Source: the human T2T-CHM13v2.0 reference genome, Homo sapiens
DNA length: 64,000 bases
Strand: one strand, 5' to 3'
Assembly (NCBI RefSeq): GCF_009914755.1
Contig: NC_060925.1
Below the pieces are notes generated by a model. It worked only from the letters and a program-made list of their open reading frames with translations, was not told the origin of the DNA and ran no database searches. Of this stretch, positions 45,683 to 60,501 are shown one piece after another (the stretch's first letter is position 1; every line of letters begins with the position of its first letter). The translations under genes and the position numbers were made by a program.

Positions 45683-47568
45683 GAAACATAAAGCTGGATT
45701 TCCTACAATCTAAAGAACAGACAACAGGTACCCATTTGTGTATTTCCTTGACTAGAAAGACTTAGTTAATAAACACCCATCAGACATTTTCAGAGTGAAG
45801 TTTGTAATTCCGGTTTCTGTGTATGCAGAAGAGGAGATTTAGGGAATTTACATTTATACAGATATTCCAGAGAACATTCACAAAGAGAGGGTCCTGTTAA
45901 AATGGATAAAATATTTATTATGTTGTGACTCATATTGAAAATTATTGACCAGAAAAAAATAATCTATTTTCCTCCCAACAATTAAGGACACAAACACTGA
46001 AACTCCTGACCTCAATCTCCTAATTCAGCCCCAGAGCAGAGTGAGCCTCAGCAAACTGCAGTGAAGAACTCATTTCCATATGGGTTCCAGCATCAGGTTT
46101 CTCAGTTATGCCCAAAAACCACATCATGCAGTTTCTTACACAAGATACTATCTTGTATTTCCCATTCCTGTGCTTCACAACATCATAATTACTAGGGTGA
46201 TTGGATCATGACAGGTACCTCATTGATCCCAACTGAATACAATCTTTTTAATAAAATTTATTATCATTAGTTAAGTATATTCTTTGAGACCTTATTAGAT
46301 TTTGTCTTTTGGTGTTTACAAAGTATATGTTCATGAAATCATTCCTGACTCAAGAGGATTACTGTCTTTTGTTGGTCCAGGTGTAGAGAGAGATTGTGGG
46401 GATATAGCCAGATAAAGGAAGATGAATACAAGAATGTGTTCATTACCTATATTCCAGTTACCTTTCATCCTTTCACTTTGTTTATGGCCATACCTCAGGT
46501 TTTATTTTAAACTATCCATGGTCTTTTCCAAATCAGAAGCTTTGACAAAGATTGCTTCCTTTGCTGGGATCATTTTCTCCAGTCTCTTCTCTAACCCACC
46601 TCTCCAGCCTAAATCCCTTCCTAGGACAAGTTCTCACTGGTACCTGTGGGGGTTTGTCCTGCAGACCCTGACCCAACAACAGATGAATAACGTACACTGA
46701 CACAGATATTCTGCCTGTCAGTTCGGCTAAGGGTCCAGACCCATCACAGACACCAAAGAAGGTGCTGTAAAGAGTAGCAGCCACAGCCTCCACTAGCCAG
46801 CCCTGCGGGCATTTATTTAGCACAGATTTAATTGACAAAGGCTTTGAGTCAACACACCTGTAGGTAATTAATCTGATCACCAACCCCCAAGTAAAGAGCG
46901 ATTATGCACCCACAGTTGATCAAAGGTTGGTCTTAAGACCACAGAAGTAAACAAGCTATTTAGATAAACTACCTCCTTTGTACCCACTTTAAGCTATTTA
47001 CTCAAGGTAAGGATTAGGCTGCTTTCAGCCATAGCCCTATCTTGAGACTTTTACAAAACCTTCCAGCCTTCCAAGAAGATTTGTGTCTATGTCCTAGAAC
47101 TTCATCTTAAAATTTTTCCACCAGCCTGACTGAACTACAACATGTCCCCCTTTTCTGTTTTCTGCATCAGGTTCTCTTGACTGAAGCATACAGATGTGTG
47201 CAGCAACAAGTCTGTTGGGTGGGGCGGTCATTGCTATTATTCTGGCTTTGCATCCTAGAATTAGCAAATAACATAAGATAATCATGAATATAATTAGCAG
47301 CATTCTTTTCCAGTCAGAGTGACCCCCAGGAACAGGTGTCAAACCAGTAGAGATAATCTTGCACACCCTTCCATATGGCTGTTTGTTGGGTGTGTGGATC
47401 TATAGTGTGAAAGGATTCTAAAATTTTAGTTTTAAGTTGCTTTATGTCTGCTGCCAAATTGTCATGAAAGGTTTCCCAGAGGTGTTGTTTCACCTCATTC
47501 CAACCATGTATTGATTGATTCCATGGTAGAGAAATGATACAGATATGTTTATGCCCCCAGTTGCAGTT

Positions 47569-48348
47569 TCATTGCTGTTGGAATGCCAGTGCGTCTTGTT
47601 GCTCCCCCACATATTCTAAGGCAGCCTCGAGGGATTGCAGTAGTGCAAGAATCTTTTGATCTATACCTTGCTGTAAGAGAAGTTTATTAGACACATTTCT
47701 GGCCATATTATCTATAAAAGCAGCTGTTTGTACTGATTCAGTAATAGATGCAACAGCCATACTAGCAGTTGCCAGGATGACTATGGCTGAGACCATAAAG
47801 GCTATAAGTGTGCCTACGAATCTTTTGAGTCTGACCTGGGACAGGGGACGTTCTAAGGTGGCAAGGGCAGAGGAACCTTGCCAATCATGTGTCAAATTGA
47901 CTGGTAGGAATGCCTCAGATTGTCTCCTTAATATCATAACACTAGCAATATTTAAATTAGATATATTGTCATTAGTGATACATGAGGCAAACCAAGCCTG
48001 TCCCTGCACCTGGGTCACAAAGGCGGAGTTTTGGGGTGTCATGGAAATATCAGTTCCCATAAGGAAAACATATGGATGGGGAGTGCAAATTAGGCACTGA
48101 TCAGTGTGATTACAAGTGAAGGCTATAGTGTAATTGTGACTGGAATTATGATATGTCCCATGCCAGGTGTCAGAGGAGGTGCTAAGATGTCCTAGGCACC
48201 ATAAAGTGTCATGGGGTGGCAAGGACTTTACTTGGGGTCTGGGATAACCCATCCCCCCATCAGCCCAAATCACAGGGGAACGTGATGAGGTTACAAAACT
48301 GTGATTGATGCCATGATGGATGAGGACATCAGTAAGGCTGCCCTGCAA
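47569..48348 (-). pseudogene. env: ERV env remnant (SU C-terminus and start of TM)
   Basis: 259-codon open stretch with furin site RLKR followed by hydrophobic fusion peptide FVGTLIAFMVSAIVILATA. Upstream env pieces at 49042-49615. Confidence 0.85.
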
Positions 48349-48456
48349 ACAGCTGTGTGGGCTCCAGTCTAAGATGTTATAATTGCCTAGTTGGAGGCTA
48401 TAGGCTTGTTCCCCATGACAGACCTCCCAGCTAAAGTGGAATTCATTACTTTCCTG

Positions 48457-48913
48457 GCTTTTTATGTTTTGTTTTGTTTTTATTATTATACTTTAAGTTT
48501 TAGGGTACATGGGCACAATGTGCAGGTTAGTTACATATGTATACATGCGCCATGCTGGTGCGCTGTACCCACTAACTCGTCATCTAGCATTAGGTATATC
48601 TCCCAATGCTCTCCCTTCCCCCTCCCCCCACCCCACAACAGTCCCCAGAGTGTGATGTTCCCCTTCCTGTGTCCATGTGTTCTCATTGTTCAATTCCCAC
48701 CTATGAGTGAGAATATGCACTGTTTGGTTTTTTGTTCTTGCGATAGTTTACTGAGAATGATGATTTCCAATTTCATTCATGTCCCTACAAAGGACATGAA
48801 CTCATCATTTTTTATGGCTGCATAGTATTCCATGGTGTATATGTGCCACATTTTCTTAATCCAGTCTATCACTGTTGGACATTTGGGTTGGTTCCAAGTC
48901 TTTGCTATTGTGA
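48457..48913 (-). mobile_element. Young L1PA 3' fragment inserted in env
   Basis: Reverse complement of the L1PA2/3-type 3'UTR, very similar to 57440-57850. Confidence 0.92.
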
Positions 48914-49599
48914 GCACAGGAAGGAATGTTTGGGAAAGCGGCATTAATTGCATTACCCAGTTTGAGGCTGCCTGCAGCTAAGACTGTTAAGGCATTTCTT
49001 TTGCCATGATGTAGCCACAATTGGGTTTGGGCAGGTACACATTAAGGGTTAGAACCTTTATAACTTACACACAGTGGAAGGATAGTGGAGTGATATGTAG
49101 TGTTATCTGGCACCTTAGTCCAATGTGTGCCATTATTGAGAGACCCCATTGGGTGTAAATCTAACCCTCCTAGCCAAGCAATCACGTTATTAAAGGCTGG
49201 AAAGGGAGTGTCTGCCCAAGTGACAGGGCGAAAGAGAGGCAGATCTAAGATATGAGCCCAGTAGAGTTTAGCAGGTACAGGTTGCAGACAAAGCGAGAGC
49301 ATAAAAAAGGAACAATACCCTAAGTGATTTGCAATGTACAACAGAAAGCATAGCAAGAAGCAAATTATCTGGAGTGAATGGTGTCTGTGTCAGGAGCAGG
49401 ATTCATTCAGCCTCCTGAGTTGTCCTCTTCAGCATCCCCCAGGTAATGTCCGGGGCTTGTGTCATCCGAGGAAGCCACATTGTCCAGGGCTGCGGGTCCT
49501 GCAGGGTTAGTTCCTTCATTTCTGGTACCAGGTTGGGTCCTAGCCACGCTGTGATATGGTTTGATGTGTCATGCTGGAATCCAAAGACGACCTGAGGGT

Positions 49600-51010
49600 G
49601 TGTGGACACAAGCATACTCTCTTCCCCACGTTAATAATTCACTTGGACCACACCGTACATTACCGTTGACATCTTTCCATAAAACTGAAGGTTTTATGCC
49701 TAGAGAGGTTTCAGCAAAGTGCTTTTCTACAGCTGATTGAAATGTGTCATCTCAATTTTTAAAATTAAGCATAAATAAGGCTTGTGCCAATAGCGTGGCA
49801 GGGTATTTACCCATACTCCCCCTTTTCTGTTTCTTGAGCATATTTTTAAGGGTGGAGTCGGCACGTTCTACCATGGCTTGTCTTTGGGGGTTATATGGGA
49901 TGCCTGTGGAATGTTGGCTATTCCACATGTGACAAAATTGTTGAAATTGTGAGCTGGCATAAGCTGGACCATTATCAGTTTTAATTTTTGTGGGCTGTCC
50001 CATAAGTGCAAAAGTTAATGACATCTCCAGTGGATTTTCCAGGAAGAACGTGTGCACTAATTAGATGAGTGTTAGTATCAACGGATACATGTACATATCT
50101 TAGTTTTCCAAATTCAGGGATGTGTGTAACATCTGTTTGCCATAACTGATTAGGTTCTAGTCCTCTAGGGTTAACACCTGTTGAAGGAGGAGATGTGCCT
50201 GTGAGCTCGAAATCTGGGCATTGTAGGATAATTTGTTTAGCCAGTCTCTGGGTAAGTTGAATTTGCTTAGATAAGTTTCTCCAATTTTGGTGGAAAAATT
50301 GATGCCATTAGGTGGCTTTGTCAAGCAGTGATGTCATAACCTGAATGTCTGCTTGTTCATTGCCATAAGCCAATGGGCCAGGCAGTGAGCTGTGGGCTGG
50401 AATGTGTGTAATAAAAATAGGATGTGTACGTTGATCTAGCAATTGCTGAAGTCAGAGAAAAACAGCATACAGGGCGGGCTCCAGAGTGGACTTAATTAGA
50501 GCTGTCTCAAGGTTCTGCAATAAATAGAGTAAGCAGAATCGCTAACTATATTGATGGGCTGAGTGGAAAAAGTTTCCAAGGTCAATATCAGAGCCCCAAT
50601 CTCAGCTCTCTAAGTGCTAGTAAACCCAGATCGAGTGATTGAATTACGTGTTCTCCACCAGACTAGCGCTTTTCCATGTTTACCCAAACCATCAGTAAAC
50701 AGTGTTAAAGCATTAGGTGTGTGGGGAGTGAACTACTTTTGTAGTTAAAACATTTACTAGACTTTTTGGGAATGATGAAAATGGGTGAATCTCAAGGACT
50801 ATTAAGAGAGTATCATCCATAAAATGAATAACCTTGCAATCAGGAATTTTTTTTTCTACTGGGGAGCAAAGTTTGCTCTTAATTGCTCCTTAACTAACTC
50901 ATGGGCCTTTTGTGATTTTTCTCCCTTTAGAGGTTACCGTTTTACTTAAATTGGATTTGGAGAGAGTCACGTTAGGGGTAAGAGAGAGATAACAGTGGCC
51001 ATTATTAGAA
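49600..51010 (-). pseudogene. pol: ERV pol remnant: integrase, RNase H and scrambled RT fragments
   Basis: IKTDNGPAY...HSTGIPYNPQ (integrase); NALTLFTDG (RNase H); IHFMDD, SP*DSPIFIIPKKS and PLT*LS..PI*VKR*PL (RT). Confidence 0.88.
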
Positions 51011-52733
51011 AGAAGTTTTTTAAATTTTAAATTTTTTCTTAAATCTTAGCATAGAATTATAATCTGGGATGTCGCTTGTATACAAGGATCACATGAAATT
51101 TTGCTGTGGTCCGCCTGCGGAGCTGGAGAGCTAAGCAGGTGGGCCCCAGGGTGGTGGCTGTGTTGCGCTTGCCTAGGCGCCGCTTTTGCCTGTGTCGGTT
51201 TTTTTTTTTTTTTTTTTTCCTGTGCCGCTCCCTCCCGCTGCCTGTTGGGTGGACCTTTCTGCAAGTGCCTCCTGCCCCTCCCCAGCAGTCTAGCTCCTGC
51301 AGCTGGGCCTGGCTTCCTGTCGCAGCAGCTGTGCAGGCTGAGTTCCTAGGAGCATTAGCTGGCTGCGGATTTGTGAGCTTCCCCGCTGCCGAGCCTTTCT
51401 TTCTACCTACTGCTTGCTTGGCCGCACAACTCTGGCCTCTGATGCTTTTCAAAATCTTTTTATAAGCGTTAAAAAAAAAAATGGGTTTATGATTGCCTCG
51501 TTGATCTTGCATTACTGGGCAGGTGAACGGCTCCCCTTTTAATGCCGCTTAAGACAGGGTTCCATACCTAGAGCATATCCCATTTCTTTTCCCATCTATT
51601 GGAGGAGGGAGCTCAGGCAAAACCTCCATTCATCTTTGTTATTTTGGCTTGGTGATATTGGGGCTGAGGGAAGAGGAAGTGGTAAGGCAGGTGATGGTTC
51701 CTCCTCCTTCCCCTTTTTAGGCTCTTCTGGTTGCAATGAACCAGAGCCGCTCTAACTAAAGCCCATAGCGTTAGGGCTGTTACTGGGACCCATTGCCCTT
51801 GAGCATAATGTTGTTTAAGATTTCTCCCAGAGGGAGGAGCCAAGATGGCCGAACAGGAATAGCTCCCGTATACAGCTCCCAGCGTAAGCGACGCAGAAGA
51901 TGGGTGATTTCTGCATTTCCATCTGAGGTACCGGGTTCATCTCACTAGGGAGTGCCAGACAGTGGGCGCAGGTCAGTGGGTGCACGCACCATGCGCGAGC
52001 CGAAGTAGGGTGAGGCATTGCCTCACTTGGGAAGCACAAGGGTCAGGGAGTTCCCTTTCCGAGTCAAAGAAAGGGGTGATCGACGCACCTGGAAAATCGG
52101 GTCACTCCCACCCGAATATTGCGCTTTTCGGACCGGCTTAAAAAATGGCGCACCAGGAGATTATATCCTGCACCTGGCTCCGAGGGTCCTACGCCCACGG
52201 GTCTCGCTGATTGCTAGCACAGCAGTCTGAGATCAAACTGCAAGGCAGCAGTGAGGCTGGGGGAGGGGCGCCCGCCATTGCCCAGGCTTACTTAGGTAAA
52301 CAAAGCAGCCAGGAAGCTCGAACTGGGTGGAGCCCACCACAGCTCAAGGAGGCCTGCCTGCCTCTGTAGGCTCCACCTCTGGGGGCAGGGCACAGACAAA
52401 CAAAAAGACAGCAGTAAACTCTGCAGACTTAAATGTCCCTGTCTGACAGCTTTGAAGAGAGCAGTGGTTCTCCCAGCACCCAGCTGGAGATCTGAGAACG
52501 GGCAGACTGCCTCCTCAAGGGGGTCCCTGACCCCTGACCCCCGAGCAGCCTAACTGGGAGGCAACCCCCAGCAGGGGCACACTGACACCTCACACGGCAG
52601 GGTACTCCAACAGACCTGCAGCTGAGGGTCCTGTCTGTTAGAAGGAAAACTAACAAACAGAAAGGACATCCACACCAAAAACCCTTCTGTACATCACCAT
52701 CATCAAAGACCAAAAGTAGATAAAACCACAAAG

Positions 52734-53750
52734 ATGGGGAAAAAACAGAACAGAAAAACTGGAAACTCTAAAACACACAGTGCCTCTCCTCCTCCAAAGA
52801 AACGCAGTTCCTCACCAGCAACGGAACAAAGCTGGATGGAGAATGACTTTGACGAGCTGAGAAAAGAAGGCTTCAGATGATCAAATTACTCTGAGCTATG
52901 GGAGGACATTCAAACCAAAGGCAAAGAAGTTGAAAACTTTGAAAAAAAATTAGAAGAATGTATAACTAGAATAACCAATACAGAGAAGTGCTTAAAGGAG
53001 CTGATGGAGCTGAAAACCAAGGCTCGAGAACTACGTGAAGAATGCAGAAGCCTCAGGAGCCGATGCGATCAACTGGAAGAAAGGGTATCAGCAATGGAAG
53101 ATGAAATGAATGAAATGAAGCGAGAAGGGAAGTTTAGAGAAAAAAGAATAAAAAGAAATGAGCAAAGCCTCCAAGAAATATGGGACTATGTGAAAAGACC
53201 AAATCTACGTCTGATTGGTGTACCTGAAAGTGATGGGGAGAATGGAACCAAGTTGGAAAACACTCTGCAGGATATTATCCAGGAGAACTTCCCCAATCTA
53301 GCAAGGCAGGCCAACGTTCAGATTCAGGAAATACAGAGAACGCCACAAAGATACTCCTTGAGAAGAGCAACTCCAAGACACATAATTGGCAGATTCACCA
53401 AAGTTGAAATGAAGGAAAAAATGTTAAGGGCAGCCAGAGAGAAAGGTCGGGTTACCCTCAAAGGGAAGCCCATCAGACTAACAGCGGATCTCTCGGCAGA
53501 AACCCTACAAGCCAGAAGAGAGTGGGGGCCAATATTCAACATTCTTAAAGAAAAGAATTTTCAACCCAGAATTTCATATCCAGCCAAATTAAGCTTCATA
53601 AGTGAAGGAGAAATAAAATACATTACAGACAAGCAAATGCTGAGAGATTTTGTCACCACCAGGCCTGCCTTAAAAGAGCTCCTGAAGGAAGTGCTAAACA
53701 TGGAAAGTAACAACCGGTACCAGCCGCTGCAAAATCATGCCAAAATGTAA
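52734..53750 (+). pseudogene. L1 ORF1p, full-length frame (338 codons) with a single premature TGA at codon 49 (52878-52880)
   Basis: ATG at 52734 is in frame with the 248-aa ORF ending at 53750; no net frameshift. Confidence 0.9.
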
Positions 53751-53786
53751 AGACCATCGAGACTAGGAAGAAACTGCATCAACTAA

Positions 53787-57134
<3,348 letters not shown>

Positions 57135-58221
57135 ACCACAATGAGATACCATCTCACACCAGTTAGAATGGCAATCATCAAAAAGTCAGGAAACAACAGG
57201 TGCTGGAGAGGATGTGGAGAAATAGGAACACTTTTACACTGTTGGTGGGACTGTAAACTAGTTCAACCATTGTGGAAGTCAGTGTGGCGATTCCTCAGGG
57301 ATCTAGAATTAGAAATACCATTTGACCCAGGCATCCCATTACTGGGTATATACCCAAAGGACTATAAATCATGCTGCTATAAAGACACATGCACACGTAT
57401 GTTTATTGCAGCATTATTCACAATAGCAAAGACTTGGAACCAACCCAAATGTCCAACAATGATAGACTGGATTAAGAAAATGTGGCACATATACACCATG
57501 GAATACTATGCAGCCATAAAAAATGATGAGTTCATGTCCTTTGTAGGGACATGGATGAAATTGGAAATCATCATTCTCAGTAAACTATCGCAAGAACAAA
57601 AAACCAAACACTGCATATTCTCACTCATAGGTAGGAATTGAACAATGAGATCACATGGACACAGGAAGGGGAATATCACACTCTGGGGACTGTGGTGGGG
57701 TGGGGGGAGGGGAAAGGGATAGCATTGGGAGATATACCTAATGGTAGATGACGAGTTAGTGGGTGCAATGCACCAGCATGGCACATGCATACATATGTAA
57801 CTAACCTGCACAATGTGGCCATGTACCCTAAAACATAAAGTATAATAAAAAAAAAGAAAAGAAAAAAAAATAAATTAAAAAAAAAAAAAAGATTTCTCCC
57901 TACTTGCTCCCAGAGCTCTACATCTAGCATGCCTTCTTTTAAGAACCATGGATTATGGGTAACAACAGTTTGCATTAGTTCCCTTAATTGAGCCTGTGAA
58001 ACTGAGGCTCCGCTAGCCTTAAGCGGCTGTTTCAATACTTTTATATACTGTTTCTGTTGAGCTGATAAGTGTTGTCCAGTGATGAAACCCTGGTCTGAAC
58101 AATCCCCACCCCCACCAAACTTGGAAATCCCAAGCGGGCACTAATGACTTACTGACTCACTGACCGTGCAGTTTTTTTCACCTTCGTTTTTGGGAGGTCC
58201 GTTGCACTCCCTTTGCAGCCT

Positions 58222-58239
58222 TCCTCACACAGGGCACCA
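58222..58239 (-). promoter_or_regulatory. Primer-binding site TGGTGCCCTGTGTGAGGA (elongator tRNA-Met type)
   Basis: 2 nt inside the 5' LTR; 17/18 match to the recalled TGGTGCCCCGTGTGAGGA, consistent with HML-5. Confidence 0.8.
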
Positions 58240-60501
58240 GCTGCAGGGGTCCATCCTGCAGACCCTGACCCAACGACGGATGAATAACAGACACTGACAC
58301 AGATATTCTGCCTGTCAGCTGAGCTAAGGGTCCAGGCCCCTCAAAGACACCAAGGAAGGTGCTGTAAAGAGTAGCAGCCACAGCCTCGACTAGCTGGCCC
58401 TGTGGGTATTTATTTAGCAGAGACTTAATTGACAAATCCTTTTGAATCAACAAACCTGTGGGTAATTTGGTTGCCGACCGGACCCTTTAGAGAGCAATTA
58501 TGCACCCGCGGTTGATCAAAAGTTGGCCTTAAGACCACATTAGTAAACAAGCTATTTAGATAAACTACTCTACCTTCCTTTGTACCCACTTTAAGCTATT
58601 TACTCAAGGTAAGAAGTAGGCTGCTTTCAGCCATAACCCTATCTTGAGACTTTTACAAAACCTTCCGGCCTTCCAAGAAGATTTGTTATAACTTCATCTT
58701 AAAATTTTTCCTACCAGCCTGACTGAATTACCACAGGTACCCACGTTTCAGATTAGATGAGGTCCTCCCATTGTTGGTTCTCTCAGGTCCTTCATTTATG
58801 AGTTTCCTAGCACCCTTTACTTTTCATGATAGCGTTTGAACAACTGGAGTGAAGGAGTGATTTTCCCCCTTTCTATACCATAAGCTCAGATGGTAGGTAG
58901 AGTCTACCCCAGAGCAACAGAATACAAGAGGGGAAAGGTCAGTTCATGCTATGTGCATCAATTCTTATTCCAGATTACCTTTTCCTCTGACATGATGGGG
59001 TACTTACCTGCACTCAGGGTTCAGAAGCCTGTATTTATGGTGAAAGGGCAGGAAACTTGGAGGAAAAGCAAAAGAATTAAATCACTATTTTTACATTCGT
59101 TTCTCACCCAAGCCCTAAGCTGCATTCTGACCCAGCAACAGACACCTCCACCACCTTATATACACCCTGGAAGATAAGCTTCCTATATACAAGCTCTCTA
59201 TTTTGTTTTCATTGTTATCATTGTAGTTCTTAGTTTTAATTAACTATATTGCCTCAATAGTTTATTCAAGTATTATTTGAGCTAGCAGCCTGTGTCTTTT
59301 TGCCAACTTGGCACAAGTGGCTATGAATGGAGCCCTTGCTCAATCATTGCAACCGCAGATCCATATTCTCTTGGCCACTTCAATATCCACTTAAATGAAC
59401 ATCTCCAGACAACAATGCCTTTCTCACTTACACTGATTGAATGGGATTATGTAGGAATTTCTAAATCTTACCTGCCAAAATCTTAATCACAACCCTTGCT
59501 AAAGCTGTACAGATTATTCTGCTGTACATGAACATCTGTAGAGCACAGCAATCCCAGGAGGATATTATGCCTTTATGGCCTCAAATACCTAAACACATCA
59601 TGCAGCCATTTATTCTTGGGTGTCCAACTACCACCCGAAAAAAAGAGTATCCAACTACTTACTTATGGCTCACTAGGTGAGCAGGAAAGTCTTGTGCCAC
59701 TCATCATGGGTTTGCCAAAAGATTTTGTCTGATATAGGTTCTATATGGATTGGGACTTAAAACAAGAAGCAGCCTATTCTTATCATTGATGTCTTATGTT
59801 AAGTTAACCTAAAGCCAAAAACTCAAATTGACATGAATCAGGACCAGGGATGGTAAGGAAAAGAATTACTCTGAGAAAATTTTTTTAATAATTTAAAATA
59901 CTAGTCAACCAGAGTATATATTTTCTCATCTAAATTCCACCATTGTGATGGACTGTTTTATTTGGCTGTTTTTGAGAAGATAGTAACTCAAGATGTTTTT
60001 GTCAATAAGTGGTAGATATGAATAAAGAAGTTTCTTTAATAAAATACTTTCTATACCAATTTGATCTAGGGTTTCCATGAGAAAGGTAAACAGGGAGTAT
60101 GAGACATAAGTGATCAGAGTAGACATCCAAATCCCTGCAGAATGAGTATGATACCAATCATAAATGATATTCTACTTTCTGAGTATTTACAGGGTACTGG
60201 TTTTTAAAACCTGCATTCTATATGTATATGTATATTATCACATCTCTTTTTCATAACACAGTCATGAGAATGCTACTCACAGCCTTATACATAAGAGAAA
60301 ACTGAAATACATAGGATTTAAAAATATTCCCCAAGTTCACAAAGATAGTGAGTGTGCTAAATGTAAATTATATGTACTTTATGTATCTTTTCTTATTTGT
60401 TCTTCCTTACACTAACTTGATGATGTCATTATTAGTCACATTTCATATTTCTAAATACTGAGGAAATGAGAGGTTAAATCTTCATTTAAGATACTGCTTT
60501 T

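Noticed and set aside
52189-52278. L1 antisense ORF0 (ATG at 52278, minus strand)
   Set aside because: A 1-nt deletion relative to the recalled consensus (cacgg-gtctc) shifts the frame and gives a stop after 29 codons.
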